A stretch of 64,000 nt of DNA from Octopus vulgaris (Eukaryota), in assembly GCA_951406725.2 (NCBI GenBank), contig OX597816.1, positions 79,918,001-79,982,000 on the forward strand, written 5' to 3'. The notes under the pieces are model-generated. The model was not told the origin of the DNA. It made no database searches and saw nothing but the letters and a program-made list of their open reading frames with translations. Both the position numbers and the translations under genes were made by a program. Numbering within the stretch: position 1 is the stretch's first letter; every line of letters starts with the position of its first letter. Below are positions 12,331-27,135 of the stretch, one piece after another.

Positions 12331-13039
12331 ACCGCATAATATGGCGGTTGTCGTGGATAGACCTGTTCAAGATTGCATACGTTTGCACTTCCCCGTCCAG
12401 ACTTATACAATAAAATATTCATCCCTGGTTCTCATCGTACTTTAACTCGCATTTTATCCATCTGTATTCAATTCATTCTTTCCCGAAAGCATTTGCTTCT
12501 CGACACAAGAAAACGTGTGACTGTTCGCTAATTACTATCATATAATTATAAAACTGTAGTTTTGCTTTGACTGAAATTCCCTTTCTACCACTCTTCTGAT
12601 ACCGAAATAACGCATACTGTTTAGCAATTTTTGTTCTTAAGATTAAATTTATATTAAACTGTCCTCACTGTTCTGCTTCTAATCAGTTCTTCAGTTTTGT
12701 TGTTTTATCTTGCAGTCTAAGTTGATAAGAAGGGATGTTATTTGTCACATACAACAAATATTGAATAGGTTTTCATAATAACTTATATATTGGTGATATT
12801 GTTATTAAATTAGCGTTTCTCGAATGTTTACAATTGTTTATTTCCTGGATATTTTCAAGATATTGCTTGCTTTTCTCAGCGATAGAGTTTATAAGTTTGC
12901 GAAACGTGAATGTGAGATATGAAATATTCTTTTCATAAACCATAAATCTCTGTCAAAACTGTTGATGTCTTATCAATTATCGTTTGACAGTATCTATCCT
13001 GTGATGGAACCAAACGAAATTTTCATTGAACCCAGATAT

Positions 13040-13835
<796 letters not shown>

Positions 13836-13869
13836 AAAAAAAGTCACAAAAAATGTTTAAAAAAAGTCA

Positions 13870-14420
13870 AGTCACAAGTTCTTCAGACTGACAGTACTTT
13901 ACGTAGTATGTGTGCTGTTCCAAGTAAGCCGATCTTAGCAACACACCTATATTGTAGGGTATTTCTAAAGTTTCCAGATGTTTCTTCAGGCTGGATGGCA
14001 TTGAGCCCAATGCTCCGATGACAACAGGGACAACCTTTATATTGGACTCTCGTAGCTGTCACATCTTGGCGATCTCGATTCTCAAGTCTCCATATTTCTC
14101 AGCCTTTTTTCATTCTTTCATGATAATATGTTGATCTCCTGGCACTGCCACGTCGATCATTAGGCACTCTTGTTTGTCCACCTAAAAGTTACTATGTCCG
14201 GCCTTTGATGTTCTAACACATTGTGTGTCTGGAAGTCTGTACCCTTACAATCTGCTTTTCCCCTGTTTCAAAGTGAGCACCGTACACTTCGGGATACCGT
14301 ATTCCATCCCTATATACTTAGTGCACATCTGTATAGTCTCAACTAGCCTCTCCATTTTAGGCTCTGTTTTTGTGATCAGTTTTAAATCATCCATGAAGAA
14401 AAGGTGGTTGAGACGAGGTC
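13870..14420 (-). mobile_element. R4/Dong-clade LINE, internally deleted
   Basis: Minus strand LNHLFFMDDLKL...IGMEYGIPKC (RT motif 5) joined directly to restriction-like endonuclease HQRPDIV...IDVAVPGD...EKYGDLRIEIAKM...KVVPVVIGALG. Confidence 0.85.
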
Positions 14421-14434
14421 CATATTATTATTAA

Positions 14435-14523
14435 GGCGGCGACGTGGCAGAATCGTTAGCATGCCAGGCAAAATGCTTAACGACATTTCATCCGGCTTTA
14501 CGTTCTCAGTTTAAATTCCGCCG
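14435..14523 (+). mobile_element. SINE family A 5' fragment
   Basis: GGCGGCGACGTGGCAGAATCGTTAGC...AAATTCCGCCG. Confidence 0.75.
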
Positions 14524-14698
14524 TATGTATGTATGTATGTATGTGTGTATGACTATGTATGCAATTAACACTTGTACGCAGTAAGGTTTGCTAAAAAATG
14601 CATTTGATATGTGGGTATGTGTGTATATGTGTGCGTGTATTTGTTTATGTATGTATATGTTTATGTATGTATGTATATGTATATGTATGTATATATAA

Positions 14699-14952
14699 CT
14701 AGAGGTGCGCGAAATAGCGCTGATTGAAATATATTTGTGTACAATTATATTTTACATATCTCGGACGTGGAAATATATTCGCTGTGAAACTTTCAGCAGA
14801 AAAATTCTCCCTATAGATACTTCAGCAGGACATGTATGACCTCATCGAACCTCCTGAAGGATATGTTTTTGCATAATTACGCTTCATTAGCTACGGATAC
14901 TGTATCTGTTGTTCATAGACTACAAAGAAACAGCTGTTCTTATATTTAAAGA
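14699..14952 (-). mobile_element. Probable non-autonomous Helitron
   Basis: Minus strand begins TCTTTAAATATAAG and ends with a GCGC-N6-GCGC hairpin followed by CTAG|T; termini resemble the Helitron at 28279. Confidence 0.5.
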
Positions 14953-15215
14953 GCAAACAGTGCATTTGATGATGTGCGTAAAGCTTGGCAAATTTGAAAT
15001 TAATTAAGTAGAGAAACACAAATCAGGGTTGATGGAAGTATATGCGTGTATTATTATATCTAACATTTTCGTGTATACTCAGAAAAAAACCTCGCTACGG
15101 AAATCGTCAGGTGAGAAAAATTCTCAATATAAGCAATGCGAGTGTAAAACACATAACTCAGCTACACATAGACACACGAACAGGTATATTATTCGTACAT
15201 GCATACACGCGCATA

Positions 15216-15409
15216 CGAGGGGGTACTAAAAAGTTCCTGACTTTAAGGAAAAAACCCTGGTTGGAGGTTCATCCTTCTGAGTTCTTTTACGGGGCTTAGA
15301 AAACTGAAGGACAGCTGCTATAAGTGTGTGAATCTGTGAGAAGAATATAATTATCTGATCCTCCTGTATTTCTTTTACCAAAAGCCAGGGAATTTTCAGC
15401 ACCCCTACG
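15216..15409. mobile_element. Tc1/mariner-type MITE
   Basis: About 28-bp imperfect TIRs CGAGGGGGTACTAAAAAGTTCCTGACTT / AAGCCAGGGAATTTTCAGCACCCCTACG, with TA on both sides. Confidence 0.8.
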
Positions 15410-15710
15410 TATATACATATACGGACAGGCATGTAGACAAGAACATATAAATATACATATGTATATGTGTTGAAGAGATCTAGATTTTTACACTGTACTC
15501 CAATTTTTAAGGGAAGGTAGAATAAGTTTATTGGCAAATGAATAAGAAACTATCCTGGCCATAGCTAGATCATAGATGTGCATTCATATTTCAGAACGGA
15601 TTAAACCATGTTATATGCGCATGTATGAGGGTTTTTTTAAAAACTCTGTGATATGACTTCTGTTATTACTATATTGCACTTTCCCCCAAAATCCACCTCA
15701 AGCTAAACCA

Positions 15711-15745
<35 letters not shown>

Positions 15746-16544
15746 CATACATATATACATACATATGAGCATGTCTAGATATGCAAATATATGCATGAGA
15801 ATACATACATAAAACAAAATATACAAACCTGCACATATACATACATGCATACATACATACATACAAACATTCATACAGACGTACGTGTATATGTGTTTGT
15901 GAGAGAGAGAGAGAGAAATAGAGACAGAGAGAAATAGACAGAAAGAGAGAGACAGAGAAATAGAGAGAGACAAATGACGACGATGACGATGGTGATGATG
16001 ATGATTGCGATGATGATAAATATGAACGATGGTAGACTTGATGATGATGGCGATCTTGATTATGCTGATAACGTTGCTATTGGTAATGCTAAAGATGTTG
16101 ACAATGGTGTTGGTTGCTGACAGTGATAATGAGGCTATATTTCTGTATTCCTATTAATTTTTTACTTTATTATCATAAAAATAATTTAGTTTTTCTATCA
16201 ACTAAATTTCTATAATTTCTTTCTCTATGTACTTCCGTTGTTTATGTGTGCATGCGTGCGTGTGTGTGTGTGTTTATCCGTGTGTGCGTGTGTATTTTAA
16301 TACAATTTCGGTAACAACCTTGTAGTGTGCTTTCCAAACCTCCTCCCTGGGCATCGGCTGCCAAATAATATCATCCAATAGGAGTTCTGTTACTGGATAT
16401 ACATGTGAAAATCCGCAAATTCCTGTGGAGCATAATCAAATTTTAATAGGTGGATATAGATTGAATAGGCTGTTACACACACACACACACATACACACAC
16501 ATACACACACACATACACACACAGATACACACATATACATTTAT

Positions 16545-16591
<47 letters not shown>

Positions 16592-16789
16592 CGACAAGAA
16601 ATAATTTTGTCTCTTTTTATGGAAACAAAAGGGTTTATAAGACTGCAAAAAGAAGTGCTCAAATGTAATTGAGACAGAGATAAAGAAACATTGATCATAG
16701 AACATCATATTCGAGTCAACGAATGTATATACATATATGTATATACATATATATATACATATATATATATATCATATATATATGTATGC

Positions 16790-17088
<299 letters not shown>

Positions 17089-17159
17089 CTGTTTCAGCAC
17101 ACGAATTCACATCAAGTATCTTGCAAAAGGAATATATACATATATATATATATATATAT

Positions 17160-17210
17160 ACACATACACACACACACGCACACACAGACACATACACAGA
17201 CACACACACA

Positions 17211-17303
<93 letters not shown>

Positions 17304-17480
17304 GACGATGAGGAGGAGAAGACATGTATCGGTCGTGGTAAGAAGGTTGTTGTGGTTGATAATAATGATGATGCTGATGTGAATGTAAATGATAACAATA
17401 ATGATATAGATGATGACGACGACGACGACAACTGCGATGTTGGAGGGGAGGTAGACGATAATGATGATGATAGTGATGAC
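17160..17480. repeat. (CA)n plus (GAT/GAC)-type low-complexity repeats
   Basis: Directly visible. Confidence 0.85.
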
Positions 17481-18004
17481 AAGAAAATAAAGGCGATATT
17501 GAATTGTGACAAAAGTTGATAAAAACACTAAACTGAAATAAAACTTAAAAAGAAAAGAATGAAAAAAAAAATTGAGTATCACCAATGGAAAAACAAACAT
17601 TCAAAAAGGAACAAAAACTATGATAATAATAAGATACAAAACTAGATAACTACAGAAATACAATGAGACTAATTCAACAGTATATGGTGATCTCAAGTCA
17701 AAGAGTAACGCTGCGTAATAAACACGAAGACTCATTAAGTATAGGAAAACGTCGTTGATGCAGCGATTCTAACGCTTCTGCAAATATTTACTCAGCCATT
17801 AGCTCATGCGTAAATGTATGTGCCTGCGAGTATATACATGCATGTATGTATGTATGTTTGTATGTATGTATGTATGTATGTATGTATGCATGTATGTATG
17901 TATGTATGTATGTATGTATGAAAACATGTATATATATATTTATATATATATATATATGCACTCACACATATACATATTTACAAGCATTTATGTTAATATA
18001 TATG

Positions 18005-18087
<83 letters not shown>

Positions 18088-18254
18088 ACATATATGTATA
18101 TACATGTGTACATAAGTCTATATTTTGTGCATTATCATTTCTGTAGTTTAGGTGGCTAGAAAGGTTGAGGAGACATTAATGATGATATAGTAACGATGAT
18201 AATGAGAAAAATAGTGTTGAAAATGATTCTTGCGGCGGTGGTGGAGTTTGTGAC

Positions 18255-18292
<38 letters not shown>

Positions 18293-18492
18293 CGACGACG
18301 ACGACGACGTATACGATGATAATGAACCCGACGATGTGGAAACCTTTGATGCTGATAGTGTAGTCGTTAAGGATGAAGAGAGAAAAAAGTACGATATGAA
18401 GACGACAATGGCGGTGTTACACAGTGTGGTGTGGTTAAGAGATAAGGTGCAAGACGCACGAATACAACAATGTGGTATACATATGCATAGAC

Positions 18493-18618
18493 GCAGGCGT
18501 GGCTGTGTGGTAAGAAGTATCTTCTATTATAGCCTAGGCTTCTGCTATAGTCACAGGCTTCTCGGTGGATTTAGGCGACGGAAACTGAAAGAAGCCTATT
18601 GTATATAATATGTACATG

Positions 18619-18693
<75 letters not shown>

Positions 18694-18905
18694 TGTGCGT
18701 GGGTGTGGGTGTTTATGCTTGTCCTTCACCACTGCTTCACAGCCAGTCTTGATTTGTTTACGTCCCCATAACTTAGGACTTCGGCAGAAGATATCGTTAG
18801 AGTAAGTACCATGCTTAAAAACAAGAGAGTGATGGAGGCGATTTCTTTGGCCTTCACTTCAAGGTAGTATCCCAGCGTGACTACAGTTTAATGACTGAAA
18901 TAATT
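18493..18905 (+). mobile_element. SINE family B (internal (TG)n)
   Basis: GCAGGCGTGGCTGTGTGGTAAGAAG head, CTTCTATTATAGCC...GACGGAAACTGAAAGAAGCC, (TG)n, tail ending AATGACTGAAA. Confidence 0.8.
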
Positions 18906-19141
18906 AAAACAAGACGATACCCACATTCATATGTAGTTCTTAAAACAGCAAGAAAATTATTTTAATCTCCAGTCTATCGGAGCTTCCTGAAAAATATCAT
19001 AATGTCAAATTTGGAGCTAATTTATAGTAAATACATTTGTGATTAGTGATCTTAAGCTACATCTCTTTGTTTAACTACTGGCGGAAGGAACCGTTTATAG
19101 ACAAAATGGTGACTGAGAATAGATCAGATAGATAGATAGTA

Positions 19142-19204
<63 letters not shown>

Positions 19205-19246
19205 GTGCGTATATATATATATATGGAAAATGAGAAAGAGAGAGAC

Positions 19247-19288
<42 letters not shown>

Positions 19289-19737
19289 CAAAATACACAG
19301 TTGTATCTTGAGATTACTCGTAATAACAATACTCAAAATATAATACAGACTGGAGTTGTAGTGCTCCAAATGAGCTATATTCCACTTCTTAATTTGAGCG
19401 GAGGCAATGCGAGCAGGAACTAAAGGAACATCACTAAGATACACACTCAAAGATCAAATACATACATATATTCATATATTCATTTGTATCTACAGAACGG
19501 ATATAAAATTCGACATATATAAATATAATAATATATATAAATAGATAAAAATTATATAATATATATAAATATATAAGAATCAGTGTTACATAAAAAACAC
19601 TGAATTTACGTTTAAAGTTATAAAACATTGGTATAATTCAAAATTTGGGATAATAAGACATAAAAAGGACATTTAAAATGACGTATTAAAATTCCAGAAA
19701 AAATACAAAATTACAAAAATTACAGAATTTTTCATGA

Positions 19738-19781
19738 TACATTTCATATTTTCGAAACTGATAATCCCCTCATCAGGATGT
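19738..19781 (-). ncRNA. Degenerate minimal hammerhead ribozyme-like motif
   Basis: Minus strand ACATC-CTGATGA-GGGG-ATTATCAG-TTTC-GAAA-ATAT-GA-AATGT; helix II relies on G-U pairs and the cleavage triplet is mutated. Confidence 0.35.
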
Positions 19782-19961
19782 TTTTTTTTACACACAATAC
19801 ACAATACATAGAAACAAATGTACAATTACATACCAGCTATATGCGAAAATTTTCGCATTAACTTTGTACTTTAATGTAACTAGCTTGTGTCAGTCGTAAT
19901 TATTTGTTTATATTCTAATTTAAAAGAGAGTGAATGTTGATGATTATTAAATAATCTTTAC

Positions 19962-20175
19962 TACTATAGGCTCAAGGCTTGAATTTTTTCTTTTTTGGTT
20001 GAGGATACTAATCAATTATCTTGGCCCCAATGCTTGTCTGATACTTAATTCATCGACTCCGAAAGGATGAAAAGCGAAGTCGACCTCTGCGAAATATGAA
20101 CTCAGAACGTAAAGACGGACGAAATATCGCCTAGCATTTTGTACGATGTGCTACGATTTTGGTAGCTCACCGCAC
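19962..20175 (-). mobile_element. SINE family A
   Basis: CATCGACTCCGAAAGGATGAAAAGCGAAGTCGACCTC...GAACTCAGAACGTAA...AGCTCACCGC. Confidence 0.8.
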
Positions 20176-20183
20176 TTGAGTCA

Positions 20184-21884
20184 CACTGGAAAACGATTTT
20201 AAACATAATTTCTGTTGAGTTAGCCGTTTCACATGATTTTTACTAAAATTGGCATGTTGATTTCAAAACTACAGTCAATTTTCTTCTTCCACGTCAAGTT
20301 CTTTTTTTTTTTCTACAGCTTATTCTCTGAATAAGCATAATTGTATTGTTTGTCAGTAAGTAATGCGGCTGGTCAGCTGCTTTATTATTTTAATGATAAT
20401 ATTGGGGAATATTTTTCGAAAACTTTTTAACTGCTCTGCTTTTTATAATTTGTCCTACCCAATTTTGATGGTGCTGGGTTCAGAAATTTCCCTTATACAT
20501 CGTAGGATAAATAATTCCATCAGTCTGGAGTTTTTGCTACTCAAGGAGTGAAGTTTTTCATTGTTGCTTTGCATGAATAACTTGCAACCTGACAGTCTCT
20601 TTGAAGAAATCAGTAGTAGTCATATTTGTGTTCCACCTGTCTTGAAACCTAGTCTCCATGGTCTCGATGTTTTGGTGGAATCTTTCTCTTTGCTCATCCC
20701 TTATTACCCTATGATTTTCAGGAAAGTAGTCCAAATGATGGAGCAGGAAATGCACTTTTATTTTCATGTTGCACCCCGCTGAGTAACAAGTGCTTCATAA
20801 TTTGATGATTTCGTATTTCCTGAAAATAAGCCATAACTGCAGCAAAGATATTCAATGCTTCTTTTTCAACACCAGACATGGTCTTGGTCCCCAAAAACTG
20901 CTCGTCTGGCAATAGCCACCGAATCTGTGGCCCGTCAAACACATCAGCCTTAATTTTCTCACAAGACAAAGCTGGAAACTTTCTGCCCAAGTATTCAAAA
21001 TTGTCACTGTCTCAGTGTTTCAACACATGTTTTACACACTATATGAAGTGCCCAGGCTTGGTCTTCATCACCCAGAGTCTTGCCAAAGTAAGTAAGGTGA
21101 GCTTTCTTCAAAAATCTGTGATTTTGTCTCTCTGCCTAGTAAAGTGCGACTTTCACAAATAAAACAGAAGACATTATGGCAATTTTTACAATTTCTTCTC
21201 TTACAATTGGCTCTATTTCTGAAATATAAAACATATATTCAAGCCAGTTGTCACTTGGGAGAAACATTTTCAGAGTTGTCAAGTTATCAAATAAGCAAAT
21301 GCAGATTTCTTACGGCAATGTTCCATAAACTGCATATATACCATGAAGTTATTTTTACAGCTCTTTGACCATACTTGACTAAAAGTGACCATGACCCATG
21401 TGACTCCGAAGGGAAATATTAAGAGCGTATTCAAAATACCAATTTTTCACAAGAAATAATGTCTCATCTGGTTTACAATGATAGTCAAACTAAATCAAGC
21501 ACAGCATAGGTAGAATTTATCTGCAGACAATCCGCAAATATGAGGCATGTATGACGTCAAGAACCACAGAAATGAGCTGGCATTTCTTCTTTCATCATGA
21601 CATTGAGAACTACTTAGATCGAAAATAGTGGAAGTTGCTCAACTTTACTGGGTTTTTTTTTTATTTACTGAAGATACTTAAACCATGACTTTTGTTTTTA
21701 TTTTTGCTGTTGCATCTACATTAAATGCTATTGAAAAACTGTTTTCAAGCTACATCAGACCCCATACATAGGTCTGCATTTAATACTGGAAATGATGAAA
21801 AATGGACATTTGAGTTTGCGATCGAGCAAAATCTATTTCATTTTTGAAATCAAAACCAGACAACAAAAAGTATGTTCTCCAGTG
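20184..21884 (-). mobile_element. Chapaev3-type (CMC superfamily) DNA transposon, decayed
   Basis: TIRs CACTGGAAAAC / GTTCTCCAGTG flanked by TCA/TTA; minus-strand frames KFPALSCEKIKADVFDGPQIR and MKIKVHFLLHHLDYFPEN...DEQRERFHQNIETMETRFQDRW match recalled Chapaev3 transposase motifs. Confidence 0.75.
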
Positions 21885-22855
21885 TTATTAAATAATGATA
21901 AAACTGGACTGTTCATATTTCTTCCTAAGCTGTAGTATCGTCTCGTGGGCATAATTTCACATCGAAATCAGTTGCGTGTGCCATTTACTTATTTATTCAT
22001 AACTCGCGTTGTATGGATACTTTATTAGTTATTGTTAAGCAATCAGACCTTAATGTTATGTAAACTCACAGAAACCACGGCTTCTGGACAGATTTCTGTT
22101 AATCGTTGTATGATATCGACACATTTGATTCCCAATTTGTGTAATTTTTTTCTGATACATAGTACGTCTAATTTTCCTTTATACCCGTTATTCGTCCAAG
22201 AGTATTCATTCATTCAGCAAATATTTCATTATTTTATTGCGGTCTTAATCTCTTTTAAACGAACTCAAAATTAGTTTGTCATCTATGAGGTCGTTTAGTA
22301 TGTTAGAAATAGCAAGGATCAGGTGCTTGCATTCTAAGGCCTATCGCATACCGGACAGTAGTGACAACAAATTAAACTGATATTTTTTCAAATTATATCG
22401 TTGTCATAAACCAGTTCAAAGAAGGTTTTAATGCAAACTTTATTTCTACTACCGTTCAACGATTAAGGCGCCTTGTTTCATATTAAGTAAAGGTAGTATC
22501 CATCTATCAACATCATTTGACACTATGCCGCATTCTCGTACTCAATACAAAAGAAGACATCTATATTTGTATCTATTATTTACCATTATAGAAAAGAATC
22601 AATGATAGGATAATATAATTCATAACAGTCGGTGTAATGATTTCAAATTACTTTCATTGAGCTTTCTTCCCGGTAACTTGAAATTACGTTCAGATTACCA
22701 GGAAGTAGAATGAAATCAATTTCAAATTACCCCAGCTGTATTTTGAAATAGACTCAGCTTATCCTTCGTGATTTCAGATTACTCCCTTAAATCCTTTCCC
22801 ACGTATTCGTCGTTTTGGTGATAAATAAAAGAATAATTATCATATGTTAGGAAAA

Positions 22856-23069
22856 GGGGCGAGCCGACAGAATCGTTAGCACACCGGGAAAAAGGTTTAG
22901 CGGCATTTCGTCTGTCTTTACATTCTAAGTTCAGATTCTATCGAGGTCGACTTTGCCTTTCATCCTTTCGGGGTCGATGAAATAAGTACCATTTATGCAC
23001 TGTGGTCGATGTAATCGACTAGTTCCCTCCCCCAAAATTTCAGGCCTGGTGCCAATAGTAGAAAGGATT
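22856..23069 (+). mobile_element. SINE family A monomer
   Basis: GGGGCGAGCCGACAGAATCGTTAGC...GAGGTCGACTTTGCCTTTCATCCTTTCGGGGTCGAT...AATTTCAGGCCTGGTGCC. Confidence 0.85.
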
Positions 23070-24072
23070 ATCATATATTATGATTATAATAACTACCAAT
23101 AAGAATAGTTTATAAATACTATAAAAGAATTCAAAAGGCTTCCTCTGTCAAAGGAGATAATGTGTAAAACTATAAATATCTGCATAAGTATTTTACACAT
23201 CTCCCCCCTCTCTCCATCTCCCTCTTTCTTTCTGTCTCTGTGCACACGCTAGATATAAATGTGTAAATCAGAGAAAGAATTGTAGCGTCCACTCGGTTAA
23301 AGTTGAAAAATCGCATTTAAAATATATAAATATATTTTATGTATAAGAGATATAATTCGTTTGCAGTTAAAGCGCTCAAATATATTTTGTTTTGTATATA
23401 AATATATTACGTTTGTATCTAAAGCGTATGTGAAACCAATATATGTCGTATAATCTATATTTCGATCGCATTTGAAATGTATGAATATATCTGTAATTAC
23501 ATTTTATTTATTATTCAAACTTATAATTCTAACTGAAATGACAGCTTTAAATTATTAGAAAGCGAAAGAGACTAATGCTTATAAATGCAAACAAAATATA
23601 TATTTACTCACTTCAAATACAAACGAAACATATTTTCTGAAAAACAGAAAGTACCGTGGTTATAATATTAAAAAATAGCTGATGTTCAAAGTGTTGTTTT
23701 TAAAGCATCATAAAAATGTTAGGAGATGCTTTAAAATCTATCTTTTTTTATTTTCACATTTTATGATTAGCTTACAATTTTCAGTTTTACACATGTATCA
23801 CGTGTAAAGCGTATCACGAGCTGTAAGCGTTGGAATTTAGCATTTTAGAGAATCAGATAGAAGCAATGTGAAGAATGCAGAGAGGATTTAAAAACCGGTT
23901 TCATACTATCCTGGGATATAAACACACAGCTAGAGACGCGCAGAGATGGAAAGGGCTATTTTCTAATCCCATTCAACATATGAACTACGATAACAGTGAC
24001 AGAGATCTCAGCAGGGGAATTACCTAACGAAAATATATAAACAAAGTGAGGGAATGCAAGAGTGAGAGATAG

Positions 24073-24138
<66 letters not shown>

Positions 24139-25379
24139 CGAGAGAGAGCGAGAGAGAGAGAGAGAGAGAGAGTGAGTGAGAAGGTAGCAAGACGTTAAAA
24201 AACGCTATCAGTAAATTGAAATTAGTCTTTTTATCGAAAACATTAAAACCCATATTGTGATTAAATATATTATATATTAAATTTGAATTTTTAAGAATTT
24301 TCTAGACAATCTAGGCTTTAATAATTATTTTCTTCTAGTAAAAGTTACATAATCCAAACTAATTAATTAATATGCTTCTCAAATGTAATATGGGGGGTTA
24401 GAAAGTTTTGTTTACATTTTAAAAAAGTGGCTTCCCGCTATGTTTATGAGTATTTTCGCAAGGGAGATATACACCCGTATAGAGGTACTCTTTGTCTATT
24501 TTGACTGTAGTATAGCCTCGACCTGTAAAATAATATATTTAATGATAGCATATGTAGATATTTTAAATGTGGTCTGTTAATTGCTTCAACCGGCACACAC
24601 GCACACATATATGCATAATCAAACACACACACACACGCACACATATATGCATAATCAAACACACACACACACGCACACACACACACACACACACACGCAC
24701 ACAACCACTCACACAAACACACACACACACAGAAAGCCGTTCTGCTTTCTGTTTGTCCCATGATCTGTTTCCATTTTATCAACATTTTTATATTTTTTAT
24801 AGGCTACCGCGATCTTCAGTTAAACAAAAGTCCTTCAGTTTCCGAGTTAGTTATACATACTTACAGATAAACGCGAAATTGTTTGAGTAGTTTCGAAGCT
24901 CGCTTTGAAATCACATTTCGAATTCAGTCCCAAGGAACCTTGAGAAAATGTTTTCTACTTTAGCTCCTTGCGGACTATGCCTTGTGAGTGTATTTGGTTG
25001 GTTGACAGAAACTATGTGGTGCTTGGTCTGAGCCGGTGCCCGGTTTTGATTATGTACGATGCACTTATAAGTTGCAGCTATGAATTACATTTATAGTGTA
25101 ACATCATTTAACGACCGAATACTGTAACATATGTAACAGGTGTAATAAATAAATACCAAGTTCTCACCCTTGTTTATTCTCTCATTATTGCTGTGTTCTT
25201 TATATTACGCTATAGCTCTTCTCAAACTGCATAGAACTCAACGATGGTAGTATAATGTAAATACTAACAAGAGCCGCAGCCTGAAATGTAAACTTGCGCA
25301 CTAACAACACCCATTCCCATGCATACATGCATGCATAGATACTGAAATATAAACATACATACATTTAGTATGTTGGAAT

Positions 25380-26640
25380 TGATGACAATGTTGCATATAT
25401 TGGTATTGAGACTAAAGCCAAAATGACGAGTACTTCTGTAGACTCCGGAAAATATGGAATTCAGAGCTGTCTGCATTTGACAATATCACATCACACAATG
25501 CTTTTGCTGTGCCAGTGCTATTACTAACATTGAGATATTGGACTGGACACTTGACGAGATCTGCAGCCTGAACATCAAAACTAGAAAGGTACTGGCCACG
25601 TCTGGCAGCTTCCACATCAACAGCGATACCGATAAGATCTATGTAAGACGAAGAGATGGCAGTAGAAGCATAAGGTCAGTCCAAACAGCCTTAGAATGTT
25701 GCACTATATCACTTGGACAGAACCTGATGAACAGTAAAGAAATTATATTACATTCATACTCAAAAGTGAGAGCAACAGCATCTTCAGAATTAGAGAATAA
25801 CTATTAAGGAGATAATGAGAATACAACTGTCTCATGCGACCTAAAGGAGTCTTGAGTGGCTTATATAAACATAAGTCTGGAGGAGAAGCAGACATCATAG
25901 CAGCAAAAAGCAATGCATGGGTAAGCCAGAAGATAACAACAGCATTGACATGAAGCATAGCCTCTCCTGGATTTGTGATTGATAGATTACATACCACCTA
26001 TAAGAATATGCCTTTGCTATCCAGGAAAGGAGATAGCTACTAAAAACCTGATAAACGAGAAAAACAAAGATACTACCAAATGCCCACTTTGTGGTAGAAA
26101 ATATCAGCCTTGCTATGCCAGTGTAGAAGATAGCACCTACATCATCAGCAGCTGCCCCAAAATGTCTACGAGATTCTACCTGCCCTGAGGCATGATATAG
26201 TTGCAAAGACTACAACGCCATCCACAGGAAGGACTGCTCTGACGTATACATCAAAGACATGGCTGAACCAGCATGTATTCACACCTTTAAAAACAAAGAA
26301 TACTGGTGGAGCACTCCAATAAAAACAGCTGTCCGGTGACATAACAGACCTAACATTGTTCTGTGGGCAAGCTGCACAGCGGATGTAAATATATCATCAA
26401 AAGTTCGGGAAAAAGAGAACATTTACGGTGAATTAATGCGGGACTTACAGTCCTTGTCATTTGTATCTATCATCATAAGTGCATTGGGCAATGCACCTAC
26501 AAATTTACACTTAAAAACCTTAGAACTACCAAGTTTTCGAAGAAAGAGCAAAAGAAGCTGACATGCATCCTCCATATTCAGTCTAATAGCAGCACGATGA
26601 AAATTTGTAAGACATTCCAAAGGTTCTCCATCTGAGATTC
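25380..26640 (+). mobile_element. R4/Dong-clade LINE 3' half (decayed)
   Basis: HNAFAVPVL, DWTLDEICSLNIKTRKVL...SDTDKIYVRRRDG, zinc knuckle CPLC...IISSCPKMS...HDIVAK, and endonuclease remnant HNRPNIVLW...IIISALG. Confidence 0.85.
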
Positions 26641-26829
26641 CTTAGATGAATAAATGCACACCCTTGGTTGTGTGAGCTCAACCAACACATCAACTCAACC
26701 GCATTTAGGAACACCAGGAAATTTCTTAACATAAAATGTCTTATCGCTTTGTTCACGATCGGCTTCAACACTCTTAAGAACTTCAATAAAATTAAAAAAA
26801 CATAATGCACACATACATATATCATCTTT

Positions 26830-27045
26830 ACCAACCAGACTGCCAGGCATCGTTTCGACACCGCTGGTCACAGCACGTCGTCCACTTCTCTCTGGATCGT
26901 GCCTTCCTCATCCACGTAACTCCAAACGATTATCGTATTTCAACCCACCATTCTGGAGGCCTTTTGAATGACCTCTTCTGCACGCGCGGGTACCACTCGA
27001 CAACTGCGCGAGTCCACCAATTGTCGGTGAACTGAGCGAAGTGTC
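26830..27045 (-). mobile_element. RTE-clade LINE 3' fragment
   Basis: Minus strand FTDNWWTRAVVEWYPRVQKRSFKRPPEWW...FGVTWMRKARSREKW, the typical RTE C-terminus (WxPxxxKRxxGRPxxRW). Confidence 0.75.
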
Positions 27046-27073
27046 AGATGGACTGGACATATAGAAATACACA

Positions 27074-27135
<62 letters not shown>

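Noticed and set aside
12874-12917. TCTCA...GCGAAAC...TGAGA possible hammerhead relic
   Set aside because: The CUGANGA core is absent and helix II does not pair; too degenerate to support.
19350-19445. GC-richer patch as a possible snoRNA or exon
   Set aside because: No paired C/D or H/ACA boxes and no convincing splice sites.
22630-22790. Possible CRISPR-like repeat-spacer array
   Set aside because: Repeats are only ~12 bp, in mixed orientation with irregular spacing; the context is eukaryotic and there are no cas genes.
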